Shown piece by piece: positions 1 through 13,200 of a stretch of 64,000 bases of DNA (within the stretch, counting starts at the first letter, position 1; each line of letters starts with the position of its first letter). This DNA is from Nitrospirales bacterium (GTDB lineage: Bacteria; Nitrospirota; Nitrospiria; Nitrospirales; UBA8639): contig CBDBCZ010000017.1 in NCBI GenBank assembly GCA_965203295.1, positions 2,080,001 to 2,144,000 on the forward strand, in the 5' to 3' direction. A program made the translations under genes and the position numbers. The notes below the pieces were generated by a model. The model was not told the origin of the DNA and ran no database searches. It saw nothing but the letters and a program-made list of their open reading frames with translations.

Positions 1-1240
1 AGCTAGCATTATATATCTTTTTATGTCTGTCCGTCATGCTTTCCCGGCCTCGGGGGGCAAGCCACGTGTTCAAAAGGGCGTCTTCGGTAGTGCAAGGAAG
101 CTCATGGCACAGAAAGAGGCAGAAATCGGGACAAGTGTGCTACATCGTTTAATCGAGTAAGGCTTACCACAGCTCTCAGGTTAGTACAGTTTGTGTACTC
201 GCTCTGTATGCAGAGATACGAGGGCTGGAGATGGACGGCATGATCGAAAGTTAAAGGATGCAAGTTTTATGTAGCATGGTCCCTGTACTAGCTCTCCCGT
301 GCTAGCCATGGCTAATCTTTTGGAAAATGTTGTAGACAAAGAGATCATTCACCTGGATGCTAATCGTTGTTTATCACTACACACTGTATCTGGCAGACTC
401 GCTAGAATAATCATCCCATGCGTGTTCTGGAGCCCTAGTCCGCATCCCGTGTGAATCCGGGGGATTCAGTTGCACCCCGTGTGAATCTGGGGTTCCAGTC
501 CACGCCCCGGGGACGAGCCACGTGTAGAAAATGACGCGAGGTATAGTACGCTTGCGTATACCTAGTAAGATTAACTAGGCTTCCCCCTACTGTTTTTTTC
601 CCCTGTGCATTGAAGGGGACTTATGAGCCTGAAGCTACAACAAATATTATAGCAGAAGCTCCAGACTCAATCAAGTTTCTCAATTCTCCGCAGTGCTAGG
701 CATGGTTACTCAAATTGTGTGGTGTTGGATCATTTTGATTTTTGAATGAGTAGTAAATGTACGTAGGTAGGTACCCAGCTGGTAATAGTGGTACTGTGAC
801 CTTCATTGGGCATGTGTGTGTGAACTCCACACTAGTGTGTTTAATTGAGAAATTTAATCTGTGTATACACATGTACGTACATGCAGTCAACCAACCACAT
901 GTTGTCTGCATCCATGATATACAACATCCAACAAGTTGCCACATATTCATGATCCCATTCAATGTTTTGAAGCCCTTTCATGTGGCCATACAGTATTGTG
1001 CCTGCATGCAATGGCTGCAACAATAAAAGGAGCTTAAGGCTGCAGTGGTAGAGCTTCAGCGATACTTAGAGTACACACTCACCCCACAATGCTTTGCATA
1101 TATGGATTATGCCAGTGTGGAGAATGAAGCTAGCTATTATGAAGACTACATAAATTAATGTAGAGATGTGTATTCTACATTAAATTTTTAGTGTGGTTCC
1201 GCTGTGTTATGGTAGTCACATATATTGTACTTTATTGCAG

Positions 1241-4200
1241 ATTCTGGTGTGCCAAGTGGTAACTCACTGGTCACCTACACGTATGAAGATGACAAAGTAT
1301 CAGCTGCTCACGAGTCCAGCCAGGAAAGAGCAGAGGGTAGCGGTGTGTCAGCTGCTGATGGACTCTCAATTACCACTCCATCCCTGAGGGATACTCAGCC
1401 AACTACTGTTTCTTCGAGTCCTTTGCCTTCGGTCTCTACATCTTCCTCACCTACTGTCATGAGTGTATTACAAATGCACCAAAATTCTCCTGAAATAATT
1501 CAACTCTCAAAACAAAGTCAACCCACACACGATTCTGAGATGCAACTAGTAAATCTATCCACAGGTACCCTTGAATCACAGGGCTCTTTTAGTGGTATGA
1601 GACTGCAACGCTTATTTTCGACTGCTGGTAAAGCTGTGCTTCAAAAAGGCAAAGGAAAGGAAAGCAAATCACTTGAAAGTATCCTACTGAGACCAACCAA
1701 GAAATTTCAAGATTCTCGTACTTCCAGTCCCAACCAGATACAGGCAGAGAATACTTCCGTATCTGGAAAAGTTTACAGTGAAACTGGTATGCATTCACCC
1801 AACGAATCTGTAGTTTCTGCAACCACTACTTCACTAGCAGCATCTGCTGTATTAACTACTAGTAGTGCTTCTTTGAAGACCAGTCCTGTTACTCCCAGAC
1901 CAGGCACTCCATTGCCGGGCGATGGTAGGCTACCCTCTGCTACAGTATTAAAACAAAACATTGCATTAGTGGATAAAAAGCTAGAAAAGCAAATTGAATC
2001 TCGTTCCGAAGAGGAAATTCCCATTGCAAGCAAACTGATGTCACTACCTCAATACACTGCTAGATCACTTGTGACTGTACCTGCTTTGTCTACTGCTACT
2101 TCGAAATTTGACGTACCGTCCAGGTTAACCTTTGGTATTCATACTTCAAAGTGAGTTACGTGTACATGTATATAGTATTACATGTATATGCTTGCTATAC
2201 CGTAGACTCTGGTTATTAGTGCACATACGCTATCAGGCGCATGCTCGCTTCCTGGCCCAAAGCTTGTAAGAGGCGCACATCTTCCAATTAAGTGAAACAT
2301 GGGGCAGAGCAACTAGCACAAAAATTACTAAGGATTGAATAAGAAACTAGCAGACTGTTAGCAGCTAGCTAGCTCTCTGAGCACGTGGCCAAAGATCACT
2401 TCATCTTGATAGATAGCTACCGCTCCCTTGTCATGGCGGTTGGCACTGGGAACTGTCCAATAACGAGTCTCCATTCTTCTTTGTACACGTGGTGGCTACG
2501 AACTACGCTTTCTTTGATTGTGATTCCATACTGATAGTTAGTAATCTGCTAACAGTAACGAAGCTTCCCATTTTTATAGCTAGCTACTGTGACCTTGTCG
2601 CGAAGAACATCAACTTTGCGCATCGACAGCTGTCGTTGACGTCATGCAATAAATAGGCGTGGTCAACCTTTAACCCCTGATATGTAGCACACTTCATTAT
2701 GTAGCACATATACTTTTGCTATTGTCCCAACTAGCGCATGCGCCTGATAACCCAAGTCTACGGTAACATATGTACATGTACAGTGTACATGTAATCACTT
2801 ATACGTATGACACTGTGCATGTAACTATTTCATGTAGCATGTTCGTCATGATAAGGAAATGGGGAGAAGCCTAATGAGAGAGTAATTACAGTTGGGTCCT
2901 ACTGGCAAGTACTACTAGTGGGTTTAGTGGCTATATATAGCTTGGCTACTGCTCCTCTGCCAAGGGGCTCCTTAGCTCGGTGGTATGAGTGTCTGACTAG
3001 TACTTAGAAGGTCCTGGGTTCAATCCCCAGCTGGGTCCCGTTTTTTTTTTGTTGTTGTTTTTTATCAGTGTATATCAGTACTTGGCAGTAGGTGCTTGAG
3101 TCATTGGGCAACCATTGTGTGCTAGACTCTCCAGGTACAATAATGGCATGGGCACAAGAATCAATTATCTTGTTGGAACTTGATTACGTATTTTTGTGCT
3201 TATGAATATTATTTGCTCAACGGCGTTACCTGGGTGTAGTAATAATTTCACATACCTTGATTGTAAAATCGGTTGAGAATCAGAGAAAAAGCAAAAGTTG
3301 TCGCACCGTTGCCTTACAGCTAAACTAGAACCTACAGTACTCTTCTCTGTCTTGCTGATACCACTAATACCGTGATCTATCTTGTACATGTAGTCCACAG
3401 CCAGCTGTAGTCTCTTCAACGCCAGTGCCCATTGTGACTGCTCTGAAGCCGTTCAGCAAGCCAAGGAAAGCCAAGGTCAAGAAGATACAGAGTAAAGCAG
3501 GACAAGCTGTAAGTTCAAGGTACCCTTAATCTACACTCTTCTCCTCCCTTTGTGCTAATTTACTCATTTGCAGACTGTAGTAGAGGAGCCTGGTGCACAC
3601 TGTTTGTGTGTATACAATATATTTATTTGTAAGATATTTACCCTGACCACGTGGTTGTTATTCAGCTACGTGTATACCGTAGTTCGGGAAATTTTCGTCG
3701 TTAAAAATATTTCGTCGGCGAGCTCTAAGTCGAAAATTTAACACGCGAAATATTTTCAACGTCGAATAAAAAGATCGTTGAATAATTTCACAATTCCATG
3801 TGAAGAGAAAGTAGCCAGAAGTGGAGAAATCATGGCTCTGCTGCGGTATTTGAAACCAGTCGGTTGTGTTCCTGATCCTAGAGGGTCACTGTCTCGCTTC
3901 TGAAGCGATCGCGGAAGCGAACAAACAAGTGGAGCAAGTATTGACTGAAGGCTCTAAACGTGGTCCTTACATGAAGTACAGCGCCGCCGTTCGCACAGCA
4001 TAGGCGTCGGTTGCATTCCTACACTCCCGCTGACACGCTAGGTCCTCTCCAATGGCCGCTTCCCAAAGTTCTCGGTAGATATGGTACTCCCTAACACACG
4101 ACTCCTTTCGAAAGCACTCCATTTTCTTTTTGCGCATGTGTGTGATCCGTGTACGTACATAGATGGATTCCGTTCCGCATACGCTACTCGCAACTCGCTT

Positions 4201-7200
4201 AAAAAAAATCGTACCGTTTAAATTTCATCGCTTTAATTTTCGTCGGTTACTAGATTGACGAAAATTAATTACGTGAAAATTTAACAGATGAAAATTTCTA
4301 CCGCTGAAAATTTCCCAATCTACGGTATATTTGGTGTGTGTTGCAATCACAGCCAAAGCCGTAATAATTTCCCCAGGGAATTTAAGCTTCCAGACACAAG
4401 TAGACCTTTCCAGAACTATGTATTATAGGGCCTTAGTAGCATTCTCAATTCGCTTGGGATACTATAGCCTGGGGCCTCTAGATCCCTTGGTTTTTTAGCG
4501 AATGACCAATAGGAATGTGTACTGGGGTAGGAGAGCAAATAGACATGTTGTATCAGAGTGAAGAGTGCACTGCTGTAATTTTTTAATTGCAGATTTACTC
4601 CTATGTTCATTATTACTTTTTAATTGTCCTTCTAGCGCCAACTGGTACCTAGGCCGCTACTCTTCCTTCCCAATGTTCCTGGGCTAACAGCTACACAGCA
4701 GAGCCCAGCTCCAATGTCCACCTTAGCCTCAACTGCTGTAACATGCACAGCTACAACCTCTGAGGTACATTGTTCACGTAGCACAATTATCCCGATGCAC
4801 ATACACTGTAGTACATGAGTAATGACAGAGCATAGTACAACATTATTCACTTAGTCCCATTCATTGTGCCTAGGTAGTTAAAGTAACTGTTGTTGTTGTT
4901 TAGTGTGATACATGTACATGTAAGAGTCTGTCGATAGTAATTAGGGGCATACTAAATATGATTGGCTCTGCAAGTGCTCCAACCAAAGTGGTGACACATG
5001 CAATAGTAGTGCCTTCAGGTAGCAGATACACTATTTTTCCTACGTAAACAACACAAACTTCTTAAATAAGTATTTTTCTGATGAACGCACAGACATAAAA
5101 GCTGGATATCTACACTTTTCTAGGCTCCAGCAACATCATCTGGTGCCTCTTCTACCAGTGCCACTCCACCAAGCACTGCCACTTCTACACTGCAACACCA
5201 AGTTTTAGCGCTTGTGCAGACACTGCTACTACAACAGCAAAATCAAAGACTGCAAGCTGGTTCTCGTGCCCAAACCTCACAGAAAATACCTACAGCTGTT
5301 GACTCCACAGTGAAGACTGTGAGTGCGAGTGATAAACTAGTCCAGTCAGCAGATGTTACCCCTCCTCCAAGTGAGGAATTCAAGAAAGACTTTAGCGACA
5401 GAGAAGTTCAAGGTGCCATTCTTGACAACTTCCTTGCAGACCATACAGCTGATTTAGACACTGCCAGCACTTCAAATTTGTTCCATACATCATCGGATAC
5501 TGTGAATGAGCTACTTCGTGGCCTCAGTTCAAAGCAAGACGACATATCAATCCAGAGACTATCAGAAGAGACAGCTGATGTCTTGCCAACCTTTGCAAAG
5601 GCACTCGGTAGTTCTGTACACCCAGCAGACGGAGTTGGAGCTGCAGTGGATGCTAAGAGAGACGTCACCATAGGTACATGTTTGCTGTTTGAGTATTGCT
5701 TCTCGGCCCAAAGTTGCACATCCAGGCTGTGCCTTATAATGCCTCATTAGCTAAGCAAATTGGGTGATTATACATAGGTGTACTTCTCATTTCCTTGTAT
5801 AGCAAACCGCAGGACTTACGTAGATACGACCAATTATTGAGTGGTACATTCTGTAGTGCAACTAGTATATGTAGTTGCATGTGTTTTTGAAGTACATCGA
5901 ATGTAAGTGTATCTGTATGCTAGAAGACTGCAGCCAGGTCTGTGTACTTGAGAGAGCACCCATAAAAACTTCTTTCGATAGAAGGAGGTAAACTAATCTT
6001 TGGGAGAACATTGCATATACAGTATATACAAGCATGCTTAGTTCCTGTAAAACTAAGTACCAGCACTTCCATTCCAATGTTGAAATGGTACTGATTGCAT
6101 GATAGAGGAAAGTCTGTGTTGAAGCTACAGTACCACCGAGAATATGATATTGCGCAAGGCAATGCTCTAAAATGCTGACAGTAAATTAGCTGTAATCATT
6201 TATAGGGTACTTGTAACTTGTACTTGTAACTGTCGAGTATTGTACTCATGATAATACAAGAATCAAGTACACTTGACAGTTTTTCCCGACTTTTTTTTCA
6301 TACCAGGAAATGATCCTGAAAGATCCGAAGAGGACAGAGACCTACCCTTTTTGAATGAGAACTCGGTGTCTTTCTCTGAATTCCTTGGGGGTGCCTCGGA
6401 CTCACATTTTAGACAACTTGCAGAAAAAGGCGATCTTTTGGACCACATAGATTTCCCAGATGTCCTGCTACATTCAAAAGGTGCTGCAGCCACACCAGAA
6501 AAACAAAAGCGGCACGAGAGTGATAAACCACCCACCAGTGGGAAGAGCTCTGCTCCTGATGTGAGTGATATTATTCATGGGCATGTAAGGGCTAATTAGT
6601 AATGTTGGGCCTGCACAAGTTAACTAGTCAAAATGCAGATATTGTGGGGCGAGCCTGAGCAATACGTGCATTGACTATTGTCTTTGTAATAATGTTTGTA
6701 TTCTAGTCATTTCAAGAAACATCTAGAGTCCCACCCTGCTCTCTATGATAGTGATGTTTAATATTTACCTTCCTTATCTCATATTATGACCCTGGTGGAT
6801 TTACACAAGTTAACTAACTGCCACTACATGCAATGCATGTCTATAAAGCTACTCGAGACATATATTTCGCGTACGTATTCCTAGTGCTGCCAATGTCTGG
6901 TAGCTACTGCTGTCATTTAGCTAGCAGACTATGCTGGTCTAACATTCTGTTGAATTGCTCAGAAGCACGACGGGTCCTCTCCCATTCACTAGTCTACCTG
7001 TTCGTACTGTCATTGAAGCATCGTAGTTGCTGCCATCTCATGCGTGCTCAGTACAATACGCAAGTGCACGTATAGTATCGGCACAAAGTACTTACCATAA
7101 TATATATATACAGGAAGAAATGCAGAGCCAGCTCGCTAGTGTGGGGCTTGTTTAGGCTTGCCACAATTATATTAACATGCAAGGGTTACACAGTGCTTAA

Positions 7201-10200
7201 AGTAAGGGCCAGGTGACAAGTCTAAGCAGTCCTTTTGTGTAATTTTGTCATAGCAGGCCCCCCTGGGTGTACAGACAGTTTTGAGTATCAGAGTGTTATT
7301 TTTTTTCTGTTTCTTTTTCTTAGCAGGATAGTGAGGTGTCTCTTGGCGGACTACTAGGTAATGTTGCTTTAGATGTGTGTTGTGTTTACGACCTATAGCT
7401 CTGCATTGCCAGGCCTGCGCCATAGTTTTCTGATCTTGCCTCTCTGTATAGACTTACACTGCATGAGCCATGAAACAGAAATATCAGAGCTACATACAAT
7501 TGCAAGTTGAGTATCACAGCATGGTGCCCTTTCTTGGAACGGTGTTTAGGCAAAGGATGACTGCAACTAGTATTTCTTCATCACATAAGCTAGAGCCTAC
7601 AATGTTTTTTTCAAGTATCCACATGCAATATTGATTCAAATATCGCTGAAAACCTCACTTGTGTACATTCAATAAGGTCACCTCTGACTGTGTGGCTGTA
7701 TCAAGAGATAGCATGTACTGCTCTTACGATATACGTAGCAATAGATGAGAAAAGTTTTGGCTTGACCAACTCTTCATTTGTTAGTCCCACTTTTAAAAAC
7801 ACTATTTGCTTGTTATTTATGACACAGCTATACTCATACCAGCATAGATGCCCATTTGATACTAGTTTCCCGTTTGCACACATAGGGAGTGAAACATGGC
7901 TACAAGGACCCAGTGAGCTCAAAGCAGGGCTCATGGGTCCTATTTGTTGGCACAGGCCTGAGAATAAGGCTAGCCTAGTTGTGTAGTAATGTACGTATAA
8001 AGTGCAAGTGTCTTCATCATTATTTATTGCTCATTGTTTACTGTTTTTACTATCAGATTTCCTATGTTCACCTGAGAAGTTACTGTCACAGCCACCTTCA
8101 GAAGCAGGAGTTTCATCTGTAAGCCTACATTTATATTTGTTGTGTCAGTACATAGAAATAAGTATACTATTTAGAACATGCTTGGTATATAGGGCTTGTA
8201 ACCCTTAGTGCATGAGGGTACTACGGTGCAGTCTAGGTTATGCACCAAAGGCAAGTGCATTGTGTAAACAAACGTATATTCTAATCTCGTACCCAGACTA
8301 TACCGCTTGTAGTCTCATGCCCAGACTGCTGTAGTTGACATGGGACTAAGCGTATTTTAACATTCAAGTGACCTTCAGCTGATAGATTCAAGGCTGATTT
8401 TGAAACTACCGGTAATATACAGTAAAGTCATAGAGCAACTTTTATGGTACAAGTCTCCTAGACTATATATGTATGCGCGTGTCCTAGTGAGTGTTACATA
8501 CAAGGATAGAAATGGAATGTAAGTATAGGATAGACTACACCAAAGAGTGGGTTATGCGCCTATGTAACCCACGAGTTTGCGGTTATCCCGAGGCGAAGCC
8601 AAGGGATAAATGCAAACAAGTGGGTTATAGCGCATAACACACGAGTGGGTGTGGTCTATCTGACTTATACCACGTTGCGCATGCGTACAATCTTCGCTGT
8701 GTAGCAATGTAGCGAACTGATGAAAAGTGTGGGCTATGAAGCTATGTAACCCATACTTTTTAGCCAATCATTTTTATTGTTGATGATGTAATGTGGTATA
8801 ATATGCACTGTGCACACACATGGTCAAAATTTGATTTTTAAGTGTAATCACAACTATTAGGCCTCCACTACCAATTTTATGATAGGGCACTATACATGTA
8901 GTTCAGTGATGACGAATGTTAGTTGTACTTCTGGTCACCACTTTGTGAATCATGATCCTAGCAGCATGTCAGCTGTTTTTACGAGGCAATAGTTAGTCTC
9001 TGATGAATAAAATTGTCCAGTCTTTAAGGGCCCATCTCTGTGACAGTTTGGAACTGCTTATGTGCAATTGCCTGGTAAGAATGAACAACTTCAATACTGT
9101 CCAAGATGCAGACTTGTCTGCAAGTACTTTTCAAATTAGGGGGCATTCACAAACCTAACGTGTAGCAGTTAGCGTCATTATGATGCTAAGGGGGGGAGGG
9201 GGTAGTGGCCGTGATGCTAAGTACACATTTGGTATGTGCGATTTCATCTTGAAGCTTTCATAATCTCACTCCACATGTGCAGTTAACTAGTTTTGTCTAA
9301 TACTGCACCGGAAACTGGTAAGTGATTACAACTTGTTGCAGGTTTCAAGGAGTGTGCAGGTAGATACGATGGATATAGGAAAATAGGATCACTTTCTGGT
9401 ATGGATGGAATTGGGTAGGACTGTATAACCACTAAACAACAGAAGCGGGTTATTAAGAAATGGTGCATTGAATGGTTTCAGGATGAGGAAGTGCGACAGA
9501 AGTATCAGGAAGCCTTAAGTGTAGAAGTAGATGGGTTTCAAGGAAGGGTACGCCAATGGAAGACTCAGGGGTTGAGGGGATCAGAATTAGTGAAGGCAGT
9601 GGTTCAGGATTGGGGAGATACGGTGAAGAGGGTAGCATCAAAAGAAATTGGGCAAAAGGTGAGTGTGTGGCAAAGCGGCGAGGTGGTGGGATGGGTGAGA
9701 TTAAAGAGAAGATTAGGTTGAGGAGACAGGTTTATAAGGAGATTAGTAGTGGCAGGGAAGATAAATGGGGAGAGAATTACAAACTACATTCAGAAATCAA
9801 GGATTTAGTACGTAAGAAGAAATTATATAGTTGGATTGAGGTGATTGAAAGGCTAATAAAGATTTTTATGAAAACAGGAAAGAATTTTGGGCATTTGTTG
9901 GCAGGACTTTAAAGGGTAGTCGTAAAAGTATTGCTTCTTTGAGGAGTACTTCAGGTTCATGTGTAACCAGTACTAAGGGAAAGTTGGAAGTATTACGTGA
10001 GCATTATGAAAGGTTGGGTATACAGCATTATTGGATGATCAGTTTGATGATAGTTGGAAAGAGCATATAGAAAAGAAAGTGACAGAGTATAGTGAAATGT
10101 CTAGTTTGCAGAAGGATAAGGTTTTGGATAGAGGGATTAGTTATGCAGAAATTAAAAGTGTTTAAAAACAGGAGGTAATGATGGGCTAGTTGGGGAGTTT

Positions 10201-13200
10201 TTTAAGTACGGTGGCAAAGGGATGGCTAATCTGTTGAAAGTCTTTGTATGGGGTAGTTTGGACAGAGGAGAGTATTCCTAAACAATGGAGACAAAGATTA
10301 ATTGTTAGCTTGTAAAAGAAAGGTGAAGCTGAGGACCCGGGTAATTACAGGGGCATTACACTATTGAATGTGGTAGGAAAGCTGTTTTGCAAGATTCTAA
10401 ATAATCGCTTAGTAAGCAGATTAGAAGCAGAAAGGGCTCTTCATGAGGGTCAGGCAGGATTTAGAGAGAAAAGGAGTTGTGTTGATAACATCTTTTCTCT
10501 AAATGTAATTGTACAAGGTAGAATGAGGGAAGAAAAGCACACTTATGCTTTTTTCTTGATGTTCAGAAAGCATTGACACAGTTTGGCATGATGGTTTATG
10601 GTTTAGGTTATGGGAACTTGGGGTTAGGGGTAGGATGTGGAGAGTTATTAGGAATATGTATGTATGACATCACACAGAGTGCTGTTTTACTGGAGGGAGA
10701 AATATCTGAGCAATTCAATGTAGGTCAGGGGGTAGCACAGGGTTGCAATATGTTGCCTATCCTCTTTTCCATTTTTATTAATCAGTTGTTAGATGAGGTC
10801 GAGAAGGCTGGGATTGGCATTACTAATAAGAAGGATGTTAAGGTTGGGGGTCTGATGTTTGCTGATGATTTTGTAGGCTTAACTACTAATGCTGAGGACT
10901 TACAAACCTTGATTAATGTAGTGCAGGGGTTTTGTAATAAATGGAGGTTGAAATCTAACATAGAAAAGAGTACTGTTATGGTATTTCTAAAGAGGTTAAT
11001 ACAGGTGCTTGTACATGGAAGTGGGGAGATAAAGATATTCCAGAGGTTGTAAGTCACTGTTACTTGGGGATTGAATTTGCTAAGAATGGTTCATGGGATA
11101 GTCATGTACAGAAGGTAATAAATAAGGGAAAGAAAAAACTGAATCAATTACATAGGTTTTTAAGTAATAGGAATATCAGTACAGTTGCAAGAAGGATAAC
11201 TTATTGTTAGTTTCGGTACTTCGCCCTACTTTTGAATATGGTAGTGAAGTGTGGGCTTGTAATATAAGGCAGACAGCTTCCTTGGAATCTATTCAGCTAA
11301 GAGCAGCTAAAAAGATGCTTGGCTGCTCTTCTAAAACGTGTAATGAAGCAGTAAAGGGGGATATGGGGTTAGAATCTTTGAAAGGCCGGAGGGATAGATG
11401 CAAACTTAAGTGGTGGTATAAAGTCAGTAAATTAAATTTGGATTGCTGAGAGATATCCTAGATTACTACTAGACAGTGAGTGAAAAGTGAAGCCGCATAG
11501 GGGTAGGCAGAGGAAGACCTGGAGGAAAGTACATGTAATTAGTGAATTGTTGCTGCAGTTAAATCTAGGCAGTTAGGAAATACTAGCTGAAGATTATAAT
11601 GTTGTATAGTAAAGTTAAACTTAGTCTTTACAAGTGTTTTTGTAAGGAAATAGAATTTAAAAATTACTTGCAGGGGGGTTGGGGATCCAGGAACACGATT
11701 GATGTTTAAGTTTAGGTCTGGTACTAATGGTCTGAATGAAGAGTTAGGAAGACATCGGGGCAACAATGATGATAGGCAGTGGAAGTTATGTGGGGATGAA
11801 TGTGAGAGTGTAGTACATATGCTCTGGGAGTGTCCTGCATATGATACTACCGTAGACTCAGGTTATCAAGCGCACGCACTAGTTAGGACAATAGCAAAAA
11901 TATATGCGCTACATAACGAAGTGCACTACATAGCGAGGGTTAAAGGTTGACCATGGCTAATTTTTCATGACGTCATCAAGGCAAAGTTACGGTTAGCTAG
12001 CCATCAAATTGTTGCTGTTACCAGTAGAAGATTACCAGCTACCGATATAGGATCGCAGTTCATCAAAGCGGTCGGCGATGTAACTCAGTGGAGTACAGGA
12101 GAGCGGTCAGAGATAAAAATCAGCGGAAAGCGGGCTGAGATGAGAGCATGCTTGATCAACTCCAATGAGCATCGGTGCATGGTTGCTTCCTTTATACGTA
12201 GGCCTTTGACTTAGCTAGTTAGCAACTTGATGACTGGACGGTTGCAAAGTGATCCCTAGAAAGTTATCCTCTCACTTAGCTAGCTGCTACTAGCCTGCTA
12301 GTAGTCTTTATTCAATTCTTCATGCCGTTGCTCACCTCATATGACGTTTAATTGTAACGTGTGCCTCTTAACGAGATTTTTGCAGCTTTGGGTCAAGCAG
12401 CGAGCATGCGCCTGATAGCGTATGTGTGCTACAAAACGAAGTGTGCCTGATAACCCGAGTCTACGGTATTAGAAATACTTTCATGGAAGACTTAGACAAT
12501 CTGTTGGTGGAAGTTTTGAAGAGTTTAGTGTACTCAATAATTTCGAGAGGACAGGCTTTGTTTTAGGGTGTGAGAATTGGGAAAGATATGATTTTAAGGC
12601 TTTATCAAGGCTAGTTAAGAGTTTTTTTTTATTAATCTGGGATACTAGGATGATATGGCAATCAGGATGGTAATGGTGAGACATCTGCTTACTCTTGCTC
12701 TTGTCCTCTGACTGGAGATCTTTCAAGCTCTGTCTGCGTATGTGGGTGCGTGGTCGATGGCATAAGCACTACGGCAGCAACATGAGTATATTTCTTTTTG
12801 CATAGAAATGCTTTTCTAGGGCATAGTATAGTTATGCTGCGTTGTATCATTTTTATCTGGTCATCCGTTTTTGCTCAAGAATTCGAACTTTATTGTATTT
12901 GTCTCAGTTTGACTGAGTCTTTGCACAATACGGTTGTTTGGTTTTCACGATAATTTTCCTCTGTAGCAGTGTCTAAAAGCATATGACGCTAAGGGGAGAA
13001 GGGTCTGGCCTTAGTGTCACAATGACGCTAACTGTTACATTTTAGATTTGTGAAAGCCCCCTTGATGTGCCCTTTTTTGCTATACTATTTTCTCTGTGGA
13101 CATCTTGTCATCACAGTTGCAAATGAGTGCAACAAGTACTTCATGCTAAAACTCTCCTAGAACATATTATCAGGTTCAGGAGACAAGGAGACTAGTAGTA

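Noticed and set aside
5924..5987. Extra CRAMP1 exon
   Set aside because: It has AG/GT ends, but 64 nt breaks the phase between the flanking exons.
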